Source: the human T2T-CHM13v2.0 reference genome, Homo sapiens | Assembly (NCBI RefSeq): GCF_009914755.1 | Contig: NC_060940.1 | Length of the DNA: 64,000 nt | Strand: one strand, 5' to 3' | Shown: piece by piece, positions 47,701 to 64,000 of the stretch | How the letters are laid out: each line of letters begins with the position of its first letter | Numbering within the stretch: the first letter of the stretch is position 1 | The notes under the pieces: generated by a model | Databases searched by the model: none | Told to the model about the DNA's origin: nothing | The model's input: only the letters and a program-made list of their open reading frames with translations | Program-made: the position numbers and the translations under genes

Positions 47701-50700
47701 AAAGAATAGCATTAATACCACAAAAAAGGTCCTTTACAGGATTTGGGCAATCTTCCCTTTTGCTCACTTCAGACGTGGTATACACTCAGCCAGTTTCTTT
47801 TCTCTAAGTGAGAGAAACTCAGCCACCTGTCTCTGCTCTCCCCTCCCTACTGTCAGTCTTGTTCTCCATCTCCTGTCCTCCCATGTGACCAGCTGCCGGT
47901 GAGATCAGACTAGAGCTTAGAGGACAGAAATGGCCCCACAGGCCTCTAGCCCAGGCCACCTGCTCCATCTGATACCAGAGGCAGGAGACTGGTAACAATA
48001 AAGCATCCCTTTGCTTTCCCTTCACCACTTTCTGCTATGTACTTATCTCCTTCAGTGACCTCTCTAGAGGAGGCAGGGATGTCTATGGATTAAGGTAGAT
48101 TCTGGTATAGCTGGTTCCCTGAATATGATATCATTTAAGGGGCACAAATTTCAATATCAGGGTTTCAATATCAGGGTGTAGTGAAAGGAGCAACTCCCTT
48201 GGGACAGTGAGGATTTTTTGTTTTTCGTTTTTTTTGTTTTTTTCTAAGAACAGAATGATTTGTATGTCTACCAGGCAGATCAATGGCATAATTTGGTTCA
48301 GCCCAAGCCCTTTCTATAGAAAACTAATTGTGCTTTGAGCTAAAAACTCCATGGAGATTAATCTGATCTTAAACTTCATTTATAAAAGGTGAGAAACAGC
48401 TCAACTTTCTAGCCTCACTCTTAAGTAAAATTGTGTAGTGCTTCCTAAAATAAACCATTAATTCACTGTCACCAGAGCATCAAGGTTCACAACATTCTGC
48501 AAAACTAGATTTCTCAGGAAAACCTTGGCCTAAGTTCTTCAGCTTCCAAGAGATGGTCTCTTATGACCCAAAAGTTTACTTATCGTCTGCAAGTCCACAG
48601 TAAGGAAATCTCTTCCTTCACTTGGTATCCTGCACAGACCCTACAATGCCTTCCTGTTGCCCTTAGCAGGAAAGCCAGACTCCCTAAGAGGACACAGATG
48701 GTCCTTCGTGATGTGAACCGTCACTAGAACCACATCCATCTTATTCCATGGTATCACCTGCACCCAGCACAATGCCAGAAGCTTCATAAAGGCAAGAAGA
48801 CATGGAACCTCTGCACCTCCCAACCCCACTCTCCCTCCAGCTTCTTCGGCTTCCACTGCATATGGGAATTCAAAATATTTGGAAATCCTCAGGAAAAAGT
48901 GCGCTTGCTCTAGACAGGAGAAACAGATTTCACTCTGATCTACAGCAGGCTGGGGAAAGTCAGCAAGGCTGATGAGATGTAAAGCATGGAATAAGATGCA
49001 GCCACCCCTGGGACTGGCTTCCTCTATGGAAAGGCAGGATGTACAGGGAGCCAGAGAATGGGGCCGGCTTGGGATGAGTTCTAGAGGCCTGGCCCTTCCT
49101 TCTGCCTCATATTAAGCCCCTCACCCCTTTACCCCCTGCCCCATCAGCTGGGGCCCCACTCAAACGGTATCAGCCCTAGTGATTTGGTGCCTTCTACCAA
49201 ACTACGGAGGAAGTGTTTCCAATACCCCAATTTGGGTGCACTTGAGAGAAAAACAATATTGAGGGGGCCCTTACTTTGTGCCAGATAATCTATCACATAC
49301 ATCTCAACCAATCCTCACAATAACTCTATGTGACAGGTACTGTCACTGGGTTGAACTGGTTTAACCATAACTATTCACCGAATAACCAGAAAGATCTTTA
49401 TAAAATATAAATAAATGAAATCATAACCACTCCCTAAAACTTTCTAATGGTTTTCCATTATGCTCCAAATAACATGCAAGTTCCCTGAGGTGATGTCCAA
49501 GGCCTGTGTGTTCTGGCCCTGCCCACCTGTGTCCTCAGCTCATGCCACCCTCCCCCTTGCTCACTGTGCTCCAGTTCACTAGCATTTTATTTGTCAAACT
49601 CCCTTCCTAGAGGAAGCTGGAACGGTAGATCATTGCCATAGCCTTCAGTGTGTACTTTACTCTACAGGGATCAGCAACAGCTGCAACACAAGAGAGTAAG
49701 ACCTAAAAACAGTAGGTGGTTTGAATATCCCATAAAAACGTACTCATATATTACTTATAAAATTTTTAAGAATGAACTTCCAAAGTTTCATCCTGCTCTT
49801 ATGGTCAGCTACTGACATTGGCCTACAGGGCCTTAGCTGGCATCTGCATGCTGACATCTCCCAATTTTGTTCTAATCCAGGTGACTCTAACAAGCTGCAG
49901 ACCTAAATACCCAGCAGCAACCCGGAAGCCCTCTCCCCCTGGATCCTCCACACACACTTCACCTCCCCAGTACTCCCTCCCAAGCAGGCACAAATCAAAT
50001 GCCTGAGACATCCTAGACACTTCCTTAAACCCTACACCTAGTCAGTCATGCTGACTCAATGCTTGAATCGTCACTCCTCCTAATCCCCAAAGCCACATCT
50101 TTCATCCAGGCCCTCATTTCTCACTCAAGTTAGCACAAAAACCTAATTGCTCTCCTTGGGCGTTATCTTCCTTCCCCTCCAATTTATCCCCCAAACTATA
50201 ACCAAAAAAACTTACTAAAATACAAATTGAAATATATCAGCCTTCCAACTAACTCCTCTACCCAAATCCCTAATCACCATATTAAAACCTGCAACTGGTC
50301 ATCACAGCACTGAAAATAAAATTCCAACAGATTTCAAAGCTGTCTATGATCTTCCTCCACTCTAAGCTCCCATATTCTAGTCATGCTAAATGCCTTAAAG
50401 TGCGCCTCAGAATGTATCCCATTTTCACTCATTTGTCAAAGGTCATCTTTGCTAAATAGCTTTCTTGGAATAGCTCCTTCTTCATGAAGACTGAACATGA
50501 AAGTCCTCTGTCTTCTATGACATCTACCTAATCATGGCACTTTGATGATTACAGGTGACTAAAAGTCAACTTTTCAGTTAACTACAAGATTCTAAAGGCA
50601 AAATGTCTCATTTCTGTATTTCTACTGCCTGACACTAGGGGGACTGAATAAATATTCATACACTTTGTCTTGGAAGGTACTTCAGAATTAATTCTGGTTC

Positions 50701-51167
50701 TTTCCCCATCCTTTCACTGAATGTCTGTTATGCTCTGTAATCGACGTACTGAGCGAAAGTCCAGCTTCTTGAATACCTCCTGTGATGGGGAAGTCACTTA
50801 TTAAACACCAACACCAACAAGGCCTCATGCTGGATATTATACACAGAACTCCACTAGAAGGAGCTCACAGCTGAGTCTGTTCCCTGACACCTGACAAGAT
50901 CAAGCCCCTGCTGTGACTGCAGCTGGAAGCTGCTGACTTCCAGATTGTCACAGGTCTCAGAAACACTTGGCAGAAGGAACACTGGTGAAATGACTGCTAG
51001 AATTGGGCACGGGAAGAACAGTCCTATACTCAGCAGAGAGGAGACACACTGGCCTAAGGTTAATGTCCAGGAGTTAACTGGCACCTCGAGTGGACACATT
51101 CAACCAAATGGGAAAGCAAAGTCTGCTAAGACTCAATTCCTAACCAGATGAAATTTTATCAATGTTA

Positions 51168-51491
<324 letters not shown>

Positions 51492-51654
51492 TCATTTAGA
51501 AAATCACTCTTTAAAAACAATAAAGTTGCAACATTTTCAAATAGTTAACACTGCTGGGATTTCCCCAGAATTCTTCAACATCATGTTGTCAAAAAGAAAA
51601 AGCCTAATGGCAACATTTTCCTCTAATGCCAAAAGAATCTAAGAGAAAGGAGAA

Positions 51655-51950
51655 AAAAATTATTTAAATTATTTTATTGAAGGAGATAAGTTACTCAGAT
51701 ATTAACTGGTTGTAGGCAAAGGGAATAAACATGGTGAAGTCAGGTTTGCTGGTAAAGGGGAGACAGTACTAAACGCCCTGCCCAACAAATACTCAGAATC
51801 CAGGGTTTTCATATTTCTCCATGGTTCAATCTCTCACAGGTCACTTTCCATTCAAAGGATTATGGAGACCAAATAAGACAGGATTCTTTCAGGTATCAAC
51901 CCAGAGTCTTTAGGTCTTCTCTCAGCCAAGGCATCGAGTGAAAATACAAT
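51655..51950 (-). other. CMC2: CMC2 proximal 3' UTR
   Basis: Unique sequence between the stop codon and AATAAA, followed by U-rich sequence on the minus strand. The 3' end is approximate. Confidence 0.8.
51673..51678 (-). terminator. Polyadenylation signal AATAAA of CMC2
   Basis: tttatt on + about 270 nt downstream of the stop codon; downstream minus-strand sequence is U-rich (ttttttctcctttctc). Confidence 0.75.
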
Positions 51951-52037
51951 TTATTTTTCGGATTCCTCTGGAGGATTAAAAAGTTTCTTTCGCATTGCAA
52001 TGCCATGCTCCCTGCTCTTGGTCCTGTTTTCTACGTA
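51951..52037 (-). CDS. CMC2: CMC2 terminal coding exon (YVENRTKSREHGIAMRKKLFNPPEESEK*)
   Basis: Minus strand reads cttcttttatttttcag|TACGTAGAAAAC...GAAAAATAA. Polypyrimidine tract and AG acceptor at 52038-52040, TAA at 51951-51953. The peptide matches the recalled C-terminus of human CMC2 (C16orf61). Confidence 0.97.
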   Translation of the reverse strand, partial: YVENRTKSREHGIAMRKKLFNPPEESEK

Positions 52038-52443
52038 CTGAAAAATAAAAGAAGGGGGGGAGAAAAGAAACAGCAGATTATGTCACTATTTATAGCAGTT
52101 TACTATTTAGAAATATTTGCAAAATATAAATGTCCTTTGAGGTTAACAGGGTTTAAATTTTTTAAACATGTTCTTACTGACAAAATTCTTATCTTTTATT
52201 TAACCAAATCTGAGATTGGAAATAGTTACCTTAGAGAGTATCTCATATCTAGCACAATTTCATTCAATACAGTACAGCATCTACATGCTAATAGATGCAC
52301 AAATGTTTGCTCAATCAATTTCCTCCCAAAATTTGAATTAAATAAGTACTGAAGATGGGCAAATTCTGTCCATGTTCTCCAGGGGCTTGCAGTCTAACTA
52401 GTCCTCTAACTTCTGCTGAGTACCTCTAGTGGAGAGGCTCACT

Positions 52444-52619
52444 TCCTTGAGAGGTAGCCTGTCTAACTGTTGGGACAATTCTACTCATTCCCAAGTTTTT
52501 CATTTTAAACCAAAAGTGCTTCCCTGTAAACTCCTTGAGAGGTAGCCTGTCTAACTGTTGGACAATTCTACTCGTTCCAAAGTTTTTCATTTTAAACCAA
52601 AAGTGCTGCCTTGTCAACT
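52444..52619. repeat. Two-copy tandem duplication, 88-bp unit, in the last CMC2 intron
   Basis: tccttgagaggtagcctgtctaactgttgg... starts at 52444 and again at 52532. Confidence 0.93.
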
Positions 52620-53647
52620 ACCACCTTTTATTTCTTCTTGTCTGCTATAATTTTCAAACATTTAATTACAGATAACCCACTTACTACCTTTTGCGCTGAA
52701 CATTGCTAGTTTCCACAACTGCTGCACAGAACACAGCCTCCATCTTTTAATATCTAACCTATAAAATGACTTTTATTTCATAAAGCACTTTAACATTAAT
52801 GCCCCTTACCAAAAAAAAAAATCACAACCAAAATTGAATACAGTGCTCCAGTCACAATGACAGACATAGACTACAGTGGGCCTACATCTTAGACCAGCTC
52901 ACATTGTATTTCTTTAGACATTATCAAGAGTAACTAGCTCTTAGCAACCATATTATCCTATTGACTCATATGGAAATACATAGCTCAACTTCCCAAGGTT
53001 TCTTCATCACGAACAGTTAACAAACCTGATACTCCTCAAATCCTATGTTTCTTAATCAGCTACATATAAACACAGTTTTCACCTCAAGAGGTTTTCAGCC
53101 TAGTATTCTGATCTGGCCAGCAGGTTACAACAGGAGACACAAAGCCTGGCACTTAGATTTTCTTAAATAGTTAACCTACATTTAAAGCAGAGGACCTTAA
53201 AAGTGTTTTTATATGTATATATGTACATGCTTATAATACATACACCAATCCAACACACTTTAAAGGTGGATGAGTGTGTTTTCCCCTGGGCAGAAGGGGA
53301 AAAGGGTAAAAGTAAATTCAAACAGAAAAAACTGAAAACATGTGAACAGTTAAACATCAGAATCTTTTAGGAGCCACAGATCTGGAGAGCGAGGCCACAG
53401 AAATTAAAGATTAGTGATACCGAGCTCATCAGGGACAAACCCCGCCACCCAAGAGAGAGTAATGAGGGGATTCATGACTTTGAGTTACTTCACTCTTCTG
53501 GACCAGTAACTTCAAATATAAGGAGGTGGGCTAGATAATCTTTAAGAAGTTTTCTAGGTCAAAAGTTTTGACTGAAGGATTCTAACATATCTTCTGGAAT
53601 GGTAGTTTTCAAACTTTTTATTACTTCCTTGTCAAAAGGCTACTTCA

Positions 53648-56475
<2,828 letters not shown>

Positions 56476-57371
56476 CAAACTATTACTCTTCACTGAGTAC
56501 TCCAAAAAGTTCTTCAAACAGTAAAGGTGAATGTCACAATTTAAAGGGAATCCAGGAAGGGAAAAACAGCCTAAGCAGAAAACAAAATCAAAAGAAAGAT
56601 GTTGGACAACTTCAAATATTATATTTAAATCTTTCAATATGAGGCAAAAAAAAAAAAAAGCTCAAAAATAACAAAAATGATATCTGAAAGGCAAAATTTT
56701 AGCCATCATATATTTTTAAAAGTTCTGGACACAAAAAATCTGATGTATGAAACAGAAATTGAATCAAATTTCTTTTCAAAGGTTTAAAATGCACTCTGCT
56801 TATTTGGCAGTGCCTGGAAAAAGACAATGAACTGTGTACTGTGGCTATTTGCCCAAGTCCAAGTTGTGCCCTAAAATCAAGTTCAGGAGATGACAGTGTT
56901 CCAAAACAAGTCAAATTAGATCCCTGTGGCTTACACAAACCATAACTACAAAGAAATTCAAAATGTTAAAGCTGAAAACAGCCTAATTCTAGCCTCCTCA
57001 ATTTATATATAGAAATTGAGGCCCTGAGAGTTTTAGTTACCTACCAATCAGCTAATAGGTGACTGATATAAGTCTTTCTGCCGGCCAGAGATACAACTTC
57101 CTAAACCATTAAATTCATCCAGATGACCTACAGTAATCATCATAAGGAAGTTGTTTTCCTCATTTGTGTTCATGGCCAAAAAGCCATGTTCTAAAACTGT
57201 CCCCAGAAAAGCTTTCATTTCTTCCCCTAAACAGAGGAAGTTCATACATGTAAAGTCAATTTTCTGTTACACTAAAATGTGGGAAAAATTCAATAATGGC
57301 AGTAATACACAATATTCAAAAATGTTCTGTTCTATTGTTCAACCATATCCATCCTTTGACACTTTTCTTAC

Positions 57372-57443
57372 CTCATTCTTCAGGCATTTTCTCAACTCCC
57401 GATCAACATCATTACAATAACCAAAAAATTTCAGAATGTTGTG
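57372..57443 (-). CDS. CMC2: CMC2 penultimate coding exon, 72 nt, phase 0-0 ([24 protein letters not shown]), containing the second CX9C motif
   Basis: Acceptor ttcttccttttag|CAC and donor GAG|gtaaga. Translation contains [11 protein letters not shown] and joins in frame to the terminal exon. Confidence 0.97.
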
Positions 57444-57588
57444 CTAAAAGGAAGAAAAGGAGTAAAATATTTCATCCCATAATATGCCAAGGTTTGGGGC
57501 ACATAAAATTTAAATACTGCTACAGACATGAGTTTACAGTGTCACTTTGTTAATAAACAAGTAATAGTTAAATCACATGTATAAAACA

Positions 57589-58885
57589 CAGTTGGCCCTT
57601 GAACAACATGGATTTGAACTGCATGAGTCCACTTATACCTGGATTTTCTTTCAATAAATATATTGAAAACATTTTTGAACATTTGGAACAATTAAAAAAA
57701 ACCTCACAGATGAACTACCATAGCCTAGAAATATCAAAAAAATTTAAGAGAAAGATACGGCATAAATGTGTAAAACATGTAAATACTGGCCGGGCACGGT
57801 AGCTCACAACTGTAAATTCCAGCACTTTGGGAGGCCAAGACGGGTGGGTGGATCACGAGGTCAGGCGTCAAGATCGGCCTGGCCAAAATGGTGAAACCTC
57901 ATCTCTACTAAAAGTACACAAAAAATTAGCCAGGCGTGGTGGTGGGCGCCTGTAATCTCAGCTACTTGGGAGGCTGAGGCAGGAGAACTGCTTAAACCCA
58001 GGAGGCGGAGGATGTAGTGAGTCGAGATCGCGCCCCTGCACTACTCCAGCCTGGGCGACGGAGTGAAACTCCGTCTCAGGAAAAAAAAAAAAAAAAAAAA
58101 AAAAAGTGAATACTAGTCTATTTTGTCATTTACTACCATAAAACATATACAAATTTTAAAAAGATAAAATTTATCAAAACTAACACACACACAGAACATA
58201 AATAGCATCATTCAAATTTGAGAGAATTGTAAGCAAACATAAAGATATATCAAATCACAACTACATAAAATTAACTGCGGTATATACTGTACTGCCGTAA
58301 TAATTCTGAAGTCACCTCCTATTGCTATTACACTGGGCTCAGACACTACAATTATCCACTTATAACACCCTGTGATACCAATAACATACACAGTAAGCAA
58401 GTCATGTTTACTGTAATAACCATAAAACTTGAATAACACCATGGGACCCATATGAAGTGCCACTAGTAATGCTGGAAGTGCTCCCAAGAAGCAGAGAAAA
58501 GTAATGACATTACAGGAAAAAGTTGAACTACTTGAAATGTACTGTAGATTGAGGTCTGCAGCTGTGGTTACCTACCATTTCGGACTGACATACATCATCT
58601 TGTAAACAGATGATGTAAACTTACAATATCAATAAATACAATACCATACCATAAATGTATTTTCTCTTCCTTATTTTTTCTCTAGCCTACTTTATTGCAT
58701 GAATACAATATATAATACATATAACATACAAAACATGTGTTAATCACCTATTTATGCTATCAGTAAGGCTTTCAGACAACAGGAAACTCTCAGACAAGTT
58801 TTTGGGGAGTCAAAAAGTTATATGTGGACTTTCAACTGCATGGGGGTCAGTGCCCCGAACTTCCAAGCTGTTCAAGGATCAACTA
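57589..58885. mobile_element. Tigger2-family (Tigger2b-like) DNA transposon interrupted by an Alu (57788-58105, +)
   Basis: TIRs cagttggcccttgaacaac ... gctgttcaaggatcaact; Alu TSD gt(a/g)aatact. Confidence 0.85.
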
Positions 58886-59267
58886 TACAAATGAACAAAT
58901 TATCCTGGTTCTTCTTACAAAGAAGGAATAAATGTTCTGCAAGTAGAAACAAAGATTTAAAGACTTTTTCTTAATGATAGGGAAGCCTACTTACTAACTC
59001 ACCAAAACCTCACAAAGACAGTATAAAAGTTTTATCATAACCTAACACCCTTTTCTTAAGGGAAATGTTAAAATCACAGCACAATCCATTCTCTATTACA
59101 GGGAGTGGTGTCAAGCTGCAGCATGGCCACACTGCCATGGGCAGAGTAACTTCACTACCAAACACTGTCCTGTAAAAGAGTTATCTAATAAATGCTTAGT
59201 GCCAGAGCCCTTTTCTCATTTGCCCCCATTCAAAATGTCACCAAAATACATCAAATAAGTAACACAG

Positions 59268-59655
<388 letters not shown>

Positions 59656-60729
59656 TTAAAAAATAAAATAACATCTCCTAGTTGTTTCTAGTCCTATGAG
59701 TATTATCGTGGCAAAAAGTATGCGTGCTCTAAAGCAGGTTAAGCTGAAGCCTGAAGTTAAGAACCTGAATTTCAGTAGGAACATAATTAGTGTGTTTGCA
59801 CTTCACGATTTTCAAGGGTGGGTCAGACAGCATGGTGATCTGTTTTATAATGACAGGTCATAAATGCTGAACTTGCTAGTTGTAATAATAAGCACATCTT
59901 TTCCTTTTCGTTCTAATTAAGGCTTTCATGGAAACCAGACAACACATAATTAATAAGCTATGCCTCATGCTATTTCTTTTTTTCCTGCTTCACCACCATT
60001 TTAAACGTACGTTTCAATTCCACACTGAATAAGTGGTCAGTTTTTCCAGAAAGCATTTAACATAGACTAAAGTCTCCTATTTGTTACCTAATGACCTTTC
60101 CAGAATAAATTTTTTAATTTAAAAAACTTTTTGTACTTAATTTTTATTTTACTTTTTTCTTTCCTCTATCATTCCCAAAGAATAAATATTTCCTGTGTAT
60201 TTTACTATACTACTACTTCCTTGACAACAAATAAACATAACAATGCATTTTCATGCCTTCAAGTCAAGTAGACTTTTCAAATGTGAGGCAATATTACATA
60301 GTTGACATTTATTCATATCATTCCACATATGTACATCTTAATTCAAAAATCCATGACAAAAACTAATTTATATGCTTCCTTTTACCTCAATATTAACTAA
60401 GGTAAAATGAGAATTATACTCTTGTGATGTTACATGAAAAATATTAGACCCAAGTGCCCCAGAGAAATTGGTAGAAGAAATGCCCACAGGCTACAATTTT
60501 CTTATACTTACATGGACTGAGTCTCTAGTGCCTGGTGTCAATTTCTTGAGAACCAAACCAACCGAGTAACTGATTGAATAAGTGAATCAACAGATATCTG
60601 CGAACCTTTTACATAAAGAACAATGTCCCAGGTACCAGGGACACAGAAGTGAGCAAGGTGGATCTGGGTCCTACTCTCACAGTACATAGTCAGAGGGAAA
60701 GAGGCAAATAAGAAGTCACTGCCATAAAG

Positions 60730-61238
60730 CAGTGGTTCTCAAAGTGCAGTCCAGAGACACCGAGGGGTTCCTGAGACCTTTTCAGGGAAGGTACAAGGTC
60801 AAAACTATCTTCTCAATAATACAAAAACATTTGTTTTGTTCATTTTCATCCTCCCACAAGGGTATAGCGGAGTTTTCCCGGGGCTACATGAAGTCTAACA
60901 TCACAACAGATTGAATGTAGAGGCAGACATGAGAATTCAGGTACATTTTATTAATTCAGACATTTAAAAAATGAAAAGCAATGCAATTCTTTTCGCTTTT
61001 TTCTGGTTTGAAAAATAAGATTTTCGTGAAAAATAACTATGCTAACATGTCATCTTAACATGTAAAATTATAATTTATCATTGTAATTTTAAAATAATTT
61101 TTTCTTCATTTCTCAGCCTTCATTTCTAATCCAATAAATATTGTAGATATCACCCACATAAACAATAGCTCCCTAGAATCCTAAATAATGTTAAAAGAGT
61201 GCAAAAGAGTCCTGAGACCAAAAAGTGTGAGAACTGCC
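60730..61238. mobile_element. hAT-Charlie element (Charlie4a/MER119-like)
   Basis: cagtggttctcaaagtg ... gtcctgagaccaaaaagtgtgagaac termini. Confidence 0.7.
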
Positions 61239-61636
61239 ACGAAGGAGAAAAGCTGTTATGTATGATGCTACTCAAACAGAGTGACTGCACCAGGAGAATC
61301 TAGGCCAGGAAAGGGAAAAGGAAACGACCAACTAAGCTGAAGAAAACCTGAAGGATGATAAGACCTGGTTTAGCAAACAGTAAGTGGAGCCAGGAGGAAT
61401 GCACTAAGCTCAGCAAAGGAAAAATCAAGGCTTGGAAGACAGAAATATCATTCTCCCATATACCTGCAAAAAAAAAAAAAAAAAAAAAACCACAGGAATG
61501 AAGGGGAAGGAGCTGTGGGAGAGTGGTGAAGACTAACAGCTACTCAAGGATGAGTTTCATTAAGGACTTGAAACACAAGGCAAGACATTTATAACGCATT
61601 GTATAGGCAAAAGGATCTATTAAAAAGGTGACAATG

Positions 61637-62042
<406 letters not shown>

Positions 62043-63465
62043 GGTAACAATGATTAAACTTATTTTTGAAAGATCACTCTAAATCCAGGGTGGAAAATTG
62101 ATTTAAAGAAAAAAGAAAACAAAACCGCCAGGAGACCAGATAGAAGTCCTTTACAGGTGGCCCCAATAAAAGTGTTGCCATGGACTATGGCAGTGGCACT
62201 GGCAAAGGAGAACAATGGTTCAAGAGAGATTCGGCAGAGAACACACAGCCCTGGTAAGGACTCACAGGAAGAGGTGAGGCAGATGGAGGAATTAAAGATG
62301 ACACTGGCTTTCAGCCAAGAATGACAGTGGAAGTTTTAAAAAGAGATAAGATAAATTTGTATCTGGACATGTTGAGTTTATTGGTGGAACAGTTAAGTCC
62401 ACTATCTAGCTGAGATAAACCTGGAACTCAGAGAAAATCTGAGCCAGAGATACAGATTTGGGAGTTACTGAAACCAGGAAAGCGAATGATTTTTTGCAGG
62501 AAGGTGTAGCCTAGGGTATCCTGAAGAGTGGCCAAAAAAACTTAAGGAAAACCAGGGAAGAGAAAGTTATGGTAGAAGCCTGTGGAAGAGTGTTTTGAGA
62601 GGGAATCAATTGCTGCTGGGAGAAAAGTGAGGTAACTACTGAAAACATCCACCAAATTTGCCAGTAGTGCAGTCATTAGTGATCTTGAAAGTTTTGGGAC
62701 CCTAGTGAGGGTAGAAGCCAACCTGAAAGAAGAAAGCAGTATTCTTTCAATAGCTCTGAAAGGGACGCTAACACAAGATACCAGAAGGCTGGGATTATGG
62801 GAAGGAATCTTATGTATTTATTTTCTCACGATGGAAAAAAAGTGGGCATTTCAAAATGCTAATAAGAAGAAGAGAAAAAGGGAAAATACAAAAATTTTTA
62901 AATGGTGGAAAAACCCAGTACTTAGTGAGTTTATCTCTGGATGGTTGAACAAAAGGTAATTTTTGTTTGCTTTATACTTTCCTACTTTTTTAACACTATC
63001 TAAAATGATATGTATTATTTACATATTACTTTTATAAATCAGAAAAAATACACAAGGATTTCCAAGTAGCTTTGACGAAATAAGCTGTTCTAAATTCTGT
63101 ATTTTACCTTCAGATGCAAAGAATATCTAAGTCTTGCTGACAAATTTAGGCAAAATAGGCCAGTAGATCAGAAGCCACCCACAGACACCTGAAAGCTGTG
63201 GAAATAACACTTGCCTGCAAAGATCACAGCAGAACTATAAAAGCACGGAAAGAATGATAAAAGCACAGCAAGGTAGGCTATTTGGAGATAAAACACTCAT
63301 GCACTTCAAGCAGGTTGGAGAGCACTGCAGCATTCCAGCACAGACAGGGGTATTCAGGAAGACTAATCAACAAAAAAGACTAAAACAGAATTACACAAAC
63401 TCAGGGCTAGAAGACATCTTAGGTAATATAATTCACTCAATTTATTAATTAAATAACTGGGATCA

Positions 63466-63752
63466 GGCCAGGCACAGTGGCTCATGCCTGTAATCCCAGC
63501 ACTTTGGGAGGCCAAGGTAGGAGGACAGCTTGAAGCCAGGAGTTTGAGATGAGCCTGGGCAACACAGGAGAGCCTGTCTCTAGGAGGAAAAAAAAAAAAA
63601 ATTGAATTAGCCAGGCATGATGGCACACACCTGTACTCCCATCTGCTCAGGAGGATGAGGCAGAAGGATCACTTGAGCCCAGGAGTTCAAGGCTGCTGTG
63701 AACTTTGATTGTGCCACCGCACTCGAGCCTGGGTGACAGAGTGAGACATCCT
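63466..63752 (+). mobile_element. AluJ
   Basis: gatcacttgagcccaggagttcaaggctgc diagnostic. Confidence 0.9.
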
Positions 63753-64000
63753 CCCGATAAACTTTTAATTAACTTTCCCCCCACAGATATAGACCTGCAG
63801 AATTATGGTTGTTTTAAGTCACTAAGTGGTGGTGGTGTTGCTGTTGAGAGACATGGTCTCGCTCCGTTGCCCAGGCTGAAGTGCCGCAGTGACATCATAG
63901 CTCACTATACACTCAAACTCCTGGGCTCAATTTAACACTTAAAAAGTGCAAGTCTTCAGAAAGATCAGTTAGGTAAAGTATTTCTTGATGACAGCAGATG

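Noticed and set aside
52005-52352. 115-aa plus-strand ORF overlapping the CMC2 terminal exon
   Set aside because: Antisense to the real exon and intron; no recognisable protein.
61460-61490. Strong-looking minus-strand acceptor (T)n-GCAG|G
   Set aside because: Arises from a poly(A) run in an L2 remnant; no convincing paired donor identified.

Overview
Human (primate) genomic DNA, recognised as 16q23.2 from the last two coding exons of CMC2 (COX assembly mitochondrial protein 2, twin CX9C family). These lie on the minus strand at 57372-57443 and 51951-52037, with a 3' UTR AATAAA at 51673-51678; the upstream CMC2 exons lie beyond the right edge. The left ~51 kb has no protein-coding gene and is dominated by interspersed repeats: about 40 Alus (including a near-intact AluYb8 and AluYa5), a near full-length L1PA13-like LINE nested in an older L1MA, MaLR solo LTRs, hAT/Tigger DNA transposon relics, L2 and MIR. 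The ORF-track entries are largely repeat-derived or low-complexity; the real CMC2 exons are too short to appear in it. The most notable unexplained features are an orphan CpG island at ~7700-8830, a ~150-bp duplicated segment whose island copy keeps CpGs that the other copy has lost, a convergent pair of strong CTCF motifs around the island, an 82-bp perfect palindrome, and candidate regulatory splicing/polyadenylation features in CMC2. I found no convincing new multi-gene system. Repeat boundaries and subfamily names were judged by eye and are approximate.
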